A DNA stretch of 64,000 bases from Phoronis australis. Taxonomy: Eukaryota > Animalia > Phoronida. Positions 24,720-38,240 of the stretch are shown here, piece by piece. Positions within the stretch are counted from its first letter, which is position 1, and every line of letters begins with the position of its first letter. A model generated the notes under the pieces. The model did no database searches. It worked only from the letters and a program-made list of their open reading frames with translations, and was not told the origin of the DNA. The position numbers and the translations under genes were made by a program. The DNA lies in NCBI GenBank assembly GCA_002633005.1, contig NMRA01000636.1:155170-219169 (forward strand), read 5' to 3'.

Positions 24720-27183
24720 CACGGCGTCAAAACCTCTGCTTTCAGCGACTTTGTCTGCGGCGCTGAGTTTCCGTCTGCAGTGCACTAGATAAAACATATA
24801 TTCGAAAAAATCAGGCCAGACAAATGTGACAATGGTTTTGCCAACTCTCCAAATTCTATTAAGGTGGGAAGCTCTCGTATTTTGAACAAATCTCACAACT
24901 CATGGAAAGATGTCAAATTCTCAATATTTTGATGAATATAACCGCCGGGTTATAGAGGATGTGGGCCGACCGAAGGGACAGTACAAGTGCCTTACTGGGT
25001 TACCGATTTCGTTGCTGCTAGTCGATTTCTGAATTCAAACGTTGGCAATAATGTATGTTTGTGTATGATCTTGAAGTAATAAAAAACGGCTAGTCAAATT
25101 TTGTTTTTCGCTTATTGCATCTCAGTCAAACTGGTTAGCAGATTTAACTAATGTCGCTGGCTGTTCTTTACTATTCTTGCGTCAGCCTGCACGTAAGCGT
25201 GACTGTGTGAATTATCGTTTCCACATCCCCTTTTTAGCCATCCAGAATAATTTTGTTTATACATTGGCCATTTTCAGCCTGAACAAAACAGGGCTTCGAA
25301 TCATCAATGAAAAAAACGCGGAAACTTTTACAGCCCAAATCATGCGCGCTACCCAGCCTTGAAATGGTCAATGTGAACCTTTCCCCGACAAAAATCGGGA
25401 CTAAAAAAAAAAAACGTTACCACCACATGCGTCTTCTACCTCGTCCATCCACTCCCAACCCACACATTTTTGGCTGCAGGGCCGTAATATTTGTCGCCGC
25501 GGTTTACAATAACACGAGATGCCATTGAAAATCCCACCACGCTATCCCAGATGCCCCGGCAATGTTGACAATTTACGTTCCTCCGAAACATAAAGAGCAA
25601 CTTCCGCTTTTCGAGGTGAACGTCGTCTGCAACGCTGCTGTAATTGTTTTTACGCGGAAATATAATGCGCAGACAGAACATTTGAAAAAAAACGGAAATC
25701 CGCGTTTCCGCGGAAAATTCCAAGCCCTGACAAAAATTCTTACCATTCGAGTCCGAAATATCTACGACGTAGACTGCTTGACGATAGTGGGTAGGAGATT
25801 CACACAGCTAATTACAGGGATGGGCTTCGGGAGCATCGAGCCGGGAAATATGGGAATAGACTTGACATCGCAGTTTTGGGGAACATTGGCAACGGAGGAA
25901 TATCGTAAAGAACTGGGTCTTTCGTAACAACAGCTTAAAAGCACATAGTCACGCCCCTTTTTGCTCCTTCGGACTGTCGCTATGTGTGACTGATTTGTAG
26001 TGGTGCACGTGCACAAGTTCCCACACTTTGGAGTGCATGTCACCTTGACACCAACATGTGATTGACAGGTGACTCCCACGTAGGCCCTACGTGCGCGCTG
26101 AATACCGCCACTATCTTTGGCCATAAAAAACGAGATGCATATTGAAACAGGCCGTTATTACTTGACGGCATTTCCAAGTCACGCTTGTCAGCCGACTGAG
26201 ACATTGCGCGATAACAGCAGGACCGAACAGTGCCGCAGTGCGATATTACAAGTGATATAAATAGGATAACCTGGACATCTTGCATGAAAAATAAATGTTT
26301 TCCCACCACGAAGTTTGGTAAGGTGATCGTTTAGAATAATGAATTGAAACATTGCTGTTTCCTGACATTTTGTAACATATTTATGCAGTTGCTTGAAATT
26401 TTATTCTTGATCGACGACTGGCTCGACCACCCCCGATCCTCGTCTTACTTCTTTGCATAGCATGTTTGGTGCAACGGCAAGAGAGCAATGCCGGGCTATC
26501 AAGATAAGACAGCTAGCCACAGAACCATACGCTGAAAATGTTATTGAGTCACGGAGTATCGACTATAACATCCCAAACACAAAAAACAACAGAGTTAAGT
26601 TTTTCAAACTTTAATTACAACCAATTTTAAAACTGCTCTCTGAGTCAGAACTTGACAGCTACATATAGTACAAGACTGTAACCATAAATTTGATGTCTGA
26701 CCTCTGCACCACGTGAAGCTTGCACACGCGCACTTAAGCAGGGTCACATCATGAAACAATTTTCATTCTAGTGGAGGCTGCGAGGTCACTGGTCGTCTGC
26801 ACACCGCAGGACGGCACGGGGCTATTACTCAGCAATTTTGTAAATTTAATAGTGAATGACTAATCTGAGGGCAAGAGAGCCTTTGTTGGGATCATCCGCT
26901 GTTATGATGTTTTCACAGTCATTTGGCAACGTGACGATAAAGCTCTTTGAAAAAGGCTACGCGTTCCGAGTAGGATTGACGTGTCGGGATTTAGATCGCC
27001 AGGAAAGATTAACCACCCAGGGCGGTTGTCTGTCGTAATAAGCGCCCATGTTCGGTTAACCGCCCATCCCCTACTTTAGGTGGATTTTCGATTTAACCGC
27101 CCACTGCTCGGTTAACCGCCCTCCCCCGATTTTTTGGATTCGCCAATTTAACCGCCCAGGGCGTTAACCCGAACGATTACGGT
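24720..27183. mobile_element. Tc1/mariner-pogo-like non-autonomous element (CCGTA terminus, TA flank), left end missing
   Basis: Right end GGGCGTTAACCCGAACGATTACGG|TA with TTAACCGCCC subterminal repeats; internal blocks shared with 38241-39160, which supplies the matching left end. Confidence 0.6.
25289..25729. mobile_element. hAT-like MITE with 6-bp TSD, second copy
   Basis: CAGGGCTTCGAAT...ATTCCAAGCCCTG; TSD ACAAAA; colinear with 7680-8188. Confidence 0.85.
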
Positions 27184-27592
27184 ATATATTCTAAAAGAAA
27201 AAAGACCATAGATTATAAAAACATGTTTTATATTTATGTGCCATTGTTAATGTTACGTTACCACCTTTTTAAGTCAAAATTTCATTTTTAAGAAAGGTAC
27301 ACTCATAGCAAAATAACAATTTTAATGAAACTCTTTTTATATGAAAGCTTCACAATTTACCTCAAAATCGCTGATCACTCACTTGGTTTTTTTGTAAGCC
27401 AAATTAACTCGCAAAACATAAAGTATTTTTGTACAAAATATCAGTCGTATTCGTCTCTCTTACAGTACGCAAAAACTTGGCATTTAAAAAGAAAATCCTA
27501 AGTGTTTTTGAGATTGATGAATAAATACTACAATTATAAGCTTTCATTGAAATTCACGAAGCTGTTTTAGAGACTCGTGTTCCTAAGTTTAA

Positions 27593-29297
27593 AGGCGAAG
27601 GCAACCTTTTTCCATGTCATTTTGAGCTAAAATAAGGTTGGTTGGTTATCCTAGACATATTTTCCACTTAATTACAGCTTTTCGTAATTTTATTAATTAC
27701 TCGTCCGCTACTCCGGAAGTGACGATTTAGGAGGCAAGCATTTCGCGCCAATTTCTTTTCATATAGTCTGACTGTGATAGCTGCCGAGTCAGTCATTGTT
27801 CTACCTCGGTTGTGTTAAGTTCCGTCGTCGTTTGCTTTCATTTACTAGTCAGTCAACATGCCACACTGTTGCTGGGTACCGGGATGTACTAATTCGGTAT
27901 CGGCTCACACGCGCTTTGGGAGTACCTTTGCATCACTTTCCGATGGATAACACACTTTGCCGTACTTGGCTCGTTCGTGTGAAGAACGTAGCGTTACCTG
28001 TCCACGCAAAGCAGTGGAGAATTCCCGTGTGTGTGGCAAGCACTTTCTGCCATCCGATTACAAAAGGGATTTGTACGCTGAACTGATAAAGGTCCCTGCG
28101 AAACAACGCCTGAAGAAGGATGCCATTCCGTCTGTGTTGATTCCCGGCAGTGCCCCGTCGCCACCCCCGAGAAGTGCGTTTTTGAAGTGAGAAGCCTCGC
28201 GAGCTGTGGCCAGTACAGTGACTGGAGCCAGTGGAGACACTTCACCTACTGTCACCCGTGCCTCCGAACATACCCCAGAGCGTGCAATTCCTAGAACCAG
28301 TAGTGATTCGCCCTGTGCTCTTTCTCCAGCCCAGCGCCTCTAAGCAGCCCTCCTGCAGCGATATTGAGTAGTGGGAGTGATTACAGGCCCAGTTCGACAC
28401 TCAGTGAAGAGGACAGTTCGTTGTCCAGTGAACAGATAGGTGAGCCAAACTTTGATAAGTTTATTGTGGACTTGTCTAAAGTGTTGGAGCTATTTAGAAG
28501 GTGTCAGGTGTGTGGCGAGGGAGTCACACGACACGATGTAAGCAGTTTGGGTGCTCAGGTCACCATCCAGTGGGAGTGTGTCGTGGGACACTCTGGCAAG
28601 TGCGACAGTTGTTCCTCTGTCCGTGGTATGTCTAAGGTCCACTTAACCATGTCCAGTAGTGACTTAGCCTCGTCAAACTCTGAACAGCACAAGCATTCCA
28701 TTGAGGTAGGCATAACAACGCACACAGTGCATTTGCACCAAGATGTGTCACCAAGATGTGTCACCACGTCTGTCCTCAGAAGCCGCCTCGTTTCTCTCAA
28801 CAGCTGCCTGTGCCTGTGCGTAGTCTGCCTCCTTCTACTCGGGCTCAAACATGTACCTACCCACTGAATGTCCCTGAAAAAATTCCTCGTCACCACTGCT
28901 GTGAACAAGGTCTCCGTCACTCACACTACTGTCACTGTGATACGGGTCACCGACTCCAGCCATTTTCAGCTTACAACACACTAAACAATCCCTAAATCCA
29001 ACGTAGTTGAGTTCTCTGCTAACCTATCTTGCCGCAGAATACTCGCCGATGGAAAGTGATGGCGACAATTGTTGAAAAACAGCACAAAACAAAAGTAGAA
29101 TAGAACAGATTCACACGGTAAAGTCAACGCAAAACCAAGTGGCGGGAAACGCTTGCCTCCTAAAACGTCACTTCCGGAGTAGCGGACGAGTAATTAATAA
29201 AATTACGAAAAGCTGTAATTAAGTGGAAAATATGTCTAAGATAACCAACCAACCTTATTTTAGCTCAAAATGACATGGAAAAAGGTTGCCTTCGCCT
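27593..29297 (+). mobile_element. Internally deleted Kolobok element, copy 3 (THAP fragment from 27858; KolX fragment from 28963 on minus strand)
   Basis: TTAA TSD (27589-92, 29298-301); highly similar to 13605-15295 including the transposase/KolX junction; inserted in a family X repeat. Confidence 0.9.
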
Positions 29298-31766
29298 TTA
29301 AGTCAATTTGCCAAGGCTGAGAAAAAGCGGAAAACTTTGAGTCTTCAACGATTATCGCTTAATTATTTGGTGAAAACTTGTTTTCGTTCAATGTAACTTA
29401 AACATGCATTAACCATGTCTGCTATTCACTCGCAATTCGCGATGACAACTGAATTATCACTGATACGTTTTAATTTTGTGCCTCGAGTAAACTACGTCAA
29501 AAGGCGGATCCAGCAGTAAGCAGGCCAACAGTTAACTGTAGACACACCACGCGCCCGGGAGAATGATATCAAGAAACCAAGTACGAAATGGACAAACAGA
29601 AATAGAATCGGCGGTTAAAGCGCACTGTGAACAAGAGATTGAAACAGCGAAATGTCAAATTACCGATCAAATTAATTAATTAATTTCAGGGCCACTTATC
29701 TTGTTTAACAATTTACTGTGTTAGCAAACAAAAAGTCTTCGTCCTAAATGGTATTATGCATGCAGACCTACAACTCCCTCTGGATAAAAACTACGATTTA
29801 TCTTCATTTTCCGGAGCACCTTTCTATGCTATATGTAGGACTCAATACTATGGCAACATGGTGAATGAAAAGACCGAGGGTACATATGGAACTGCTCTAT
29901 GCCTGGTGCTGGGAGACTCAATTTTGAGCGACAGCCTTTGAGCCCCGTAACCTTTTACCTTGGATAAGTAACAAACACATTTCCACGCGGTCAAAGGTGG
30001 TTGAGCTAAATCTTTTTTCTCATATATATTTCACATGTGAAGTTCTCCGAGAATGAAGATAAGGCATTTTATTTTGCTAGACGTGAAATATTGTAAAAAC
30101 ATGATGTCCTTGCTTGGCTATGAATATACCTTCCTCTTTTTGCTTATACGTGATCACGACACCCAATAGGTTGCAGTAAGTATAAAGCATGAAGTAGAAA
30201 ATCTAAATTTTTACTTTCAAAAAAATGTGCTTCACTGATTAAATTGTATAGTTCTCTATTTGGCCAAACACATTGAAACCAATAAAGAAGAGCTGCTGTG
30301 TAAGACATTTCATCTGCTGTGTACAACCATATATTTGCATGCCTCCCAGGGGGGGGCACCAGTTTGACAATGAAAATGTCTTCTGCAGAGAAATTAACTG
30401 GTTTGAGAGGGGAGTACAAGAGGGTATTTGTATACAAGCCCCAAGACTGTCTGTCCCATAACAAGCTAGGTGGCACCAGATGCAAACCATCTTCAGCATG
30501 GTCAGAATGAGAATATAGACAGTATAAAAGGACAAACAAGTACCTGCCACAAGGATTTTGCATCAAGCCAAAGGAGAGGTATTAATGATATCAGTAATTA
30601 AGAATAGGCCTGCAGATAAGTCTTATTCTCACGGAATTATGAGGTTCCCGGATGGCTCCAGATCTACATTTTGTTCTCCATAAAGATGTCAAAAACATCA
30701 CCATGTATTACAAAGTTAAAAGCAATCTTTCACTCACAAGTGTACATCGTGGGTCCAAAGTGTGGCTGAGCTGACACCATCACAAAAGTCCACATGTCAT
30801 CACTCACACCCACTTCCACCAAACTGGAATGCACCAGATTGATCTACTGGTGAACCAGACTAATAGAAAACAACAAGTTTAAACATGCTTAAACTACACA
30901 TTGATAAAACCCTACAATGGTAAAAGAACACCCTCCAAAAATTAATACAGGATCCCGTCAAGAAAAATACTGGAAAACTTTTAAGACATAAAAATCCCAT
31001 GCATCCAGCGTGGAGTCAAAACTACTACAATCAGAAATAAATAAAGTTAACAGTAACCTATTGAAGCAATCAATGAACTTCATTTTGTACATGGTTTTAT
31101 CACCAGCAATTTAGGAAGGCTAAACAATTAAGTAAACAAAGAATTCCATTCCCAAAACATGAGCCACAACAATTTCAAAGAAAATGGTATACACGTAATT
31201 AAGATTTGGAAATATAAATTTGGTGATTTCATCTAAGTTGAATACAATTTTGGGTGCACCCACATCCGAAAAGGAGGCAGACTAGCATCTATGTGAGTCA
31301 AATTTTAGAGTGAAATACCACAGCCATGCCCATTTTCATGACCTGTGACTTGTGAGGTGCAACAAATATGTGGGCTATGTCAACTGACAAGCCAGTCCTG
31401 TGAATGACTACTGTACTCATACAATGCAGTGGGGTCATGTCATTGCAACAGGCCACACAGAGGTTCCAACCCCACCTCCATAACTTACAGTACACAACCC
31501 TTACAGCTGAGCCCAAACAAAAGGAACAAAATTGTGCAAGGCAAATAATACTTCTGGTGAAGGACATGGGCAAAATTGAACATCACCCAGCAAGCAGTGT
31601 GTTTCAGGTATAACACCAGCTAACCCTACACCAAGAATTAAGTGCATGAGCCAGCATGCAAAACACTTCATTAATTAACTCAAGGACAAGCTTTTAAAAT
31701 AACATTCATTGTGAAACTTGATTTATTAGTTACGAAACCATAGATGATGACGTGCTTTTAATTTAA

Positions 31767-33666
31767 AGGAGCATGCCAGCAAATTTACCTAGTCTTTTTT
31801 ACCGTTTTAATCGGTCTATATCACAACTCCTCATACAAGGCCGATCTTATCTAGCCGAGAGGTGTCGCGTTAACCTGTGAGGAAGGTGAGTAAACGACAC
31901 AACGACGTCCGTGGTTCTTCTGCAGAGTGAGTGTTGCTATGGTGTGGTGTGGTGTATCGTTCCCTCTTGTGCGAACTATGAAGCTGTGAGGAAAGCTGGT
32001 ATATTGTTTTTTCCATTCCCTCGAGACTCCGAAATGCTTCGGAAGTGGCTCGCGGCAGTGAAGAATGTAAAAAATGCCGTTAATACCAAGTATGAGGCCA
32101 TGAAACATCTCCGTACATGTCTGGGCCGACATTTTGTAAACAGTGATTTCACTGACGAATGTTGGTGTACAAAACAGCTTATGCCAGAGCAGAAAAAGAG
32201 ACTGATGAGCACTAGTCCCAAGTCAGGAGTGCAAGTTGCCATGTTGACATTTATTATTGCACATTCTGTTTCAAAATGAATTATTCTCACCCTAACCAAA
32301 GCTCAGGTGGTACTGAACAGTTAGGCTGCGGCTCCAGCTAATTTGCACTCCCAAAATATTACAGTTTTGGGGTAGGCCAAGTTTGGGGGCATTTTGTGGG
32401 TAGGCATTGCCTGTAGGCTCAGTGAATGTGGTTTGTTTGTATTTGTGAACATGCTGAGAATGAAAAAGGCCCCTTTCCCTGCTGTAGCTGCACTCTTTTG
32501 CAAGATGGTGGTCCCTGTTGCAATTGTGCATTGCTGTGTAGCAACTGAGAAATTGGTCGCAATTTCAGGTAGCCATCAAACAAGCATGCAGTTTTTGACA
32601 GAGTGAAGAAAGGGTGAAGAGTTCACTGACATCTGTTTGGACAGACAAACCCGTTAGAACTGTTTAGTGCTTCCTTATATAAAACTGAAAAAAAATGTCA
32701 AAGTCTGTCTCATTAGATACAATTTGTAATGCCTTTGGAGTGTTCCTGAGCGCAAAGGTTTTGAGAAGCCACCAACAAATAAATCGCTGTCTTACCCCAG
32801 CTTTAGATGCAATAAAGCTAATTGACCACTCACTGAGGCTCTGTGGGTGCATGCTAATTCAGTGTGAAACAATAACGATTTTATATGCAATGGTCAGATG
32901 TTGTGTGAATGTTTATTCAGATATACATATACATTATTCCAATCATTGTTAAAGTACAACTTTGCCCTGATGGTTCTGTGGAAGGGGAACCTGACTTCGC
33001 GGCACCCGACAAGTAAGTAGATTTGCAGTTTCCGAGCTAATTCACAAAAATAATCATGTGAACATTATTTCTTTCGTGACTGGAAGTTTAATTTCCAACT
33101 TTGGCTGGTTTATGTTCGTGATGTTTTCGGTCCGGTCATGACGGGCCTGATCGCGTTACGAGTCACTGAAGCGCGAATAACAAGCATTTTGTGTGTTTAG
33201 AAGTTAAGAAAATCGTAAGTCTAAAATTACTATACACAGCTATGTTCTCCTGTCTGTATTTCATGGAAGAATAATTCGAATTTATCATTGAACATATCCC
33301 AAACTCCCGCGACCAGTCTTGGTAAATTGGCCTACCGAACACTATAGGCTACCAAAGGTTCAAATACCTATACATCTGTAACAGCAAAATAACACATTTG
33401 TTCAAGAAGTCGATGTGTTTGTAAGGGTTTTACATCAAACTTTGCTGATTTATTGGTGTAAAACAATGAATTCAAGCAATAAGCTGACACCAGTAAGCCT
33501 GTTGTGAACTGCTGAACAGACTGCATTTGAACCTGTGACGTCATTGGTTAATTTTAACACCTCCTTCTGTAGTCAGGTGTCGAGTAAAAGAACTGAACTT
33601 GTTGTTTAGAGGAAGTAATCGATCTAAATTGATACAAAATAGGCTGTCATTAGGTGGCATTCTCCT
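31767..33666 (+). mobile_element. Second Kolobok family, non-autonomous, with THAP fragment at about 31939-32210
   Basis: TTAA|AGGAGCATGCCAGC ... GGTGGCATTCTCCT|TCAA; THAP VWCIVPSCAN..FFPFPRDSEMLRKWL..RTC.GRHF..SDF. Confidence 0.7.
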
Positions 33667-33893
33667 TCAAAGCCACCACAAATCATATTCCAAAAAAACA
33701 TCGTACTTCGCAGGTGAGAAGTACAATTTGTTCTTCCAAAGCAACTTCGTCGCTGTCTTACCCTTAATTTGAACTAAAACTGGTTACGATAAAATGTCTG
33801 GAATCCCCTGCCAGTTTGTGACTAAAACTAACCTGCTGAGACAAGCCTGGTTTGAAGCAAGCCCCAAAACCATTTCTAATCTAAGCAATAAAT

Positions 33894-35816
33894 AGCAGAG
33901 TTGCAACGCCGCCATATTGGAAATGGGTCAGAAAGTTTCATTGTAGTAAAGTCGGTAAACAAGTACGTCGGCGAGCATGGGGTCAAACCGGCCACAGGGA
34001 GGTTATACGTGTTATGTGCCTGGCTGCCATAACAGTTAGCAAGATAAATAATTTAGTTACTGTTTCCCAAGGATCAAGAACTGCGTAAAAATGGGTCAGA
34101 CACATCAATAGAGCTGGTAGCAAAGGCCAACTTAGTGAATTCTTTTCGACTTCGTGACATAAAGTATGTAGCGCTCATTTTGAGGGCGACAAGAAACCAT
34201 ATCTTGGAAACTGCCCGACAATATTTCCCTTAAAAGAAACAGCGGCGGAGGGTACTGAAAAAAAAAAAACTTACTTTCGCTTGACCAGAACCAAGCCAAC
34301 CTGAGCAATTTTGAGGATAATGCCTCTGCACAATCACCAGTTCTGGGTCGACTCACTTAACGCACACTATGCATTAATGCACTATGACAAAGTCCAGAAT
34401 ATTATTTCCTTTCTACAAAATTGTGGTGCATTGCTATCAAAATTCCTTGTTAAATTACGATCATTTTTCAGAAGATTGCGCTGAAATCCCAGAGCGAAAT
34501 CTCACTGACAGATGCGTAGCTGCCGGTCTCGCAATCGTCGATAGGGCAACTTCTTGACTAAAAATACAGTTTCAACTCAACAAATTACCTGAAATCCTCC
34601 TCAAGTTTTCCAAATAGCGTATCTAAAATTTTTTTAAGTTCTTGTGGAGTCCAAATCTGCGCTAGATTGTAGCCCGCAACACGAGAAAAATCTCTGGAAC
34701 ACACATGTTGTTATCACGTAAGGTTTGTTTTGAAGTTTGTATGCGTGTATGTGAGAGTAAGCCTTCGTGTGCTTGTCATCAGTGTTCATTTGCCAGAGTA
34801 AATGTTATGTAATGATCTAGGTGTGCATTGTAACCAAAGAAATTAACTCAAGCAGTCAAGCAGAGCGTGTTTTAATATTTAGCACTTGCTGGCCTCATCT
34901 GCTAAAATATGTTCAAGAATTGTTTCGGTAAGACCAATATGTCACTCACTGAGTCGCCGGGTGAGTGGATGCGTGACCGTAGTGCAACAGCTATTTTCCG
35001 GAAGATTCGGGGCGTAAGGGTGCGAATGTGTTCACTATCAGTGGGTCATTTTGACTTTAAAAACACCATTTATAATTAGTTAAATAATTTCTCTTAAACA
35101 TAATGCAAAAGTTTTTACGGTATTAGAAACTTTCGGAAATTAGTGCCAATATTTATTTCTTGCCGATGCTATATTACCCGTATCATGAGGTCCCGACTAA
35201 ATGTCTTCGATGACAGCCGGTACATTATGCAGCACGCGCTTCTTGGCCGCGTGCAAACACTGGTCAAGTTTTTTATTAGTCTTCGATTCACAGTTTTCAC
35301 GTGTACAAAGACGTTTGGGATTCCTGTTGAGGCCGGAGAAAATCTATACCGGCAAGAATGTAATCCCGCTGACAAGTATGCTGCGCCTGTTTTAAAGTCC
35401 AGACCATAGTGGGGCACATTCCTCGCAAGAGCAGCAAAACTTTTGCATTCTTTTTGAATCGTGGCGTAAGTTTGAAGTGTATACAGACATAACGGTGAGG
35501 CTCGTGGTCTACAAATTCAGGACTGTCGGATCTTTCAATTTATAAATTGGAGACGTTAGAACCGTAGGTAAGGCGTTTTTCGCATGTAATTCATGCCATG
35601 GGCTGGGCATATACTGAAGCGAAGTCTGAAAACGCGTGGGGGCACTTATTAGGGCATGGGCACTTATAAGGGTGAATAGCGGCAGAATTACATACAGCAG
35701 TGTAGTTTAATGCACACAAATCACACGTCATGCAAACCAATCGGCCATTCCACATAAGTTAATCAATCCCAATAGCCTTTGCGGCTTGCGCACCCTAACT
35801 CAGTTGCAACTCCGCT
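33894..35816 (+). mobile_element. PIF/Harbinger (ISL2EU-like) remnant with degenerate THAP at about 34000-34230
   Basis: IR AGCAGAGTTGCAAC / GTTGCAACTCCGCT; frameshifted YTCYVPGCHNS..FPKDQELRK.WVRHINR..HKVCSAHFEGDKKPYLGNCPTIFP. Confidence 0.6.
35283..35480 (+). pseudogene. Stand-alone HIRAN-domain remnant, probably transposon cargo
   Basis: SIHSFHVYKDVW / IPVEAGENLYRQECNPADKYAAPVLK / TIVGHIPRKSSKTFAFFLNRG over two frameshifts fits the HIRAN pattern (GxHVY..W.P..GE.L...E..N..D..A..V....VGH.PR). GGGCACTTAT repeats at about 35640-35690 resemble a pogo-like end. Confidence 0.75.
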
Positions 35817-36419
35817 TTTTATGAGACCTTTTTACAACCACAAGCTGCCAAAATCGTTTTGAACAACAGCAATAAACCAAGTTTCGAATAACAAAGAATA
35901 ACCTTTCATTACCTTAGGAAAGAAGCCATCATAAGGTATTTCTCATGACAAATTCTCAACAGACCACACCACGCCACCATGTAACTATGGAAATGCTGGT
36001 ATAATTGCAAAGTAACTCTCCCTTGTGGTGTATACACTGTAATTTCATTTCTGGTGTCAACATTTTGTGGTATTTATCTGCCATTGAAATATAATCAGCA
36101 GAGATAATTTCTCCCTCATGATCTACAGGGGCACTCTCATCAAGTGTTCCTTTCACAAGCTCATTTCTCAAAAAGCAATTTAGTCCACAGGAACTCTTTT
36201 CCTGTCTCATGAACCACAAGTCATTTCTTGTAAATAGCATTCAATATTCTCCAGAACCTTTATAATAACATGAGGCATGGGACTTGTTAGACATAATTTC
36301 AGGGATAGAGTTGCTGGACTGAAGTATCAACAGTGCAGTCACAAGCATGACAAGAGTATTTCATTATAATTTGATAGAGATGAACGCAATGCATTCTGAA
36401 AGGTAATCTTTGGCGTTAA

Positions 36420-36509
36420 TAAGACAAGTATGAGATATAAGACCAGTATGAGACATAAGACCAGTATGAGATACAAGGCCAGTATGAGATATAAGACCAG
36501 TATGAGATA
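36420..36509. repeat. 18-bp minisatellite x5 (TAAGACCAGTATGAGATA)
   Basis: Directly visible. Confidence 0.85.
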
Positions 36510-37239
36510 TGAGATATGTGAGAGTAGCTCATCATGAACAGACGTGTTGAAAGCATGTATCTCTGCTTTGGACGAACAATTGCAATAGGACCTTCTCAAT
36601 TCAGAATATGAGAAAAAGTGCTGAAGTGGGGCGTAGGCGCAGCCAACCACTTTTTGGCATTTGAACGTAGCGCCTACGCACCGTAAGATACGTTTAGTAC
36701 TCAAGGTGATACTGTGGGCTTTGGGCGCCTACGTACTTACCTCTAATTTTACCACTACAGCACTGGAGAAGAAGAACAGAGTTTGGCAGAGCTCAATCAT
36801 ATTTTACGTAAAAAATAAAGCCATGAGAAAAAAGTATGCAAATGGCACACCCACAAGGCCATGAAGATCAAAGATTGAGAATATGAAAATTTGACACTTG
36901 ACAAACACAAGGCGCAAGCCTACACACCACAAATAGACCTTTGTGACCAGTGTCATCAACATCAACACTTACATGGTCATTCACATCAAAAAATCAATGT
37001 TCACGTACAAATTATAAATCAAAACATCTGTAAAACTCACTATATTGACTAGTTTTCTACAGACATTGTGAAGCCACAGGTCTCTTACAGTGGAATGGTT
37101 AAAATTAAACAAGAGTAACACAGAACATTGAAATGCGAGTGGCTAAGTATATCCCTGAATGTGGGCGCATAAAAATGGGCATTAAGTTGGCACAAAACAC
37201 ATTGAACCCAACCAAAAATAGGAAGGTGTCGTTGTCTCA

Positions 37240-38190
37240 GAACTATTTGCCAAATTTCATGAAAATTGCAAAATTTCAAAAACACCTTGCAAAGGGTTCT
37301 GCAACTGACCATTATCAGTTGCCACCTCTATAGGAACACATCTGCGAAATTCCAAAGGATGAAGGAGATACAGCCGTGGATGCAAAAAAAGTAAAATTGC
37401 CATGAGGGGGCGGGGGCAGAGCAGCTGAACACATCCGAAAATCAAAGTCAGCCTTCGTCTTCTGATCAGGAACACATCTCCAAATTTTAATGATTCTTCA
37501 ACCGGTTTGGTGGATGGAGAGGCTGACTTCAGAAATGTACTAAAATATTATTGAAATGGCCACAGAGTGGCACAGAATACATCCAGTTTGCCCATAAAAA
37601 TCTGCCAAGGAGTTTTAAAGATACATCTCAGACAATGAAAAAATAATAAAATCACAGCTAGGAGGGCACTGCGGTAGTCGAATCCATCCAAATGTCGTCG
37701 TTGTCTGCTGTTAACTTGTTAATTTCATATAAATACACTTGCCAAATTTCATAAAGATCCTGCAGACGGTTTGGAAGATACAGCCATAGATGCAAACAAC
37801 AGTGCTCCGGAACTCCCAGACGTCGGAAATCCTCACCAGCCGTCCTCTTGACAGTAGAACCATAGATGTCAATTTTCGAAATCATCCTTAGAGTGGTTAG
37901 GTTAACAGAGGGGCAGACGCCAAAGACAGACTCAAAACGGTAAAAATGGCCACTAGGTGGCACAAAATAACTCGAACCCATCTGAAAACAGGAGGATAGC
38001 GTCATCTCAGTAACAGATGCCTTTCTGGCAATTTTTATGAAAATCTCTTACGGACCTTTGAAAATACAGAGGCAAACGTAAAAAACTAAAATTGCCACGA
38101 TCGAGAACACCCGTAGTCCGATCCGCCCAAAAATCATTATCCGTTGTCAACTTCATATAAATACACTTACTAAATTTAATAAAGATCCTG
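37240..38190 (-). repeat. HINE family B unit array
   Basis: Same units as 4691-6288, e.g. TGGCCACTAGGTGGCAC at about 37947. Confidence 0.65.
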
Positions 38191-38240
38191 AAGAGAGTGT
38201 TCGTAAGTAAAAATCAACTCACTCAAAGACTGGGAATATA

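Noticed and set aside
25762-26124. Cys-rich ORF (CTPKCGNLCTC) as CXC-like transposon cargo
   Set aside because: Motif is short and the frame is not clearly kept in the 38.8-kb copy; insufficient evidence.
35913-35929. ATGGCTTCTTTCCTAAG|GTAATG on the minus strand as a possible first PRL exon (phase fits the 11220 acceptor)
   Set aside because: Too short; such matches arise by chance over 50 kb; no promoter or transcript evidence.
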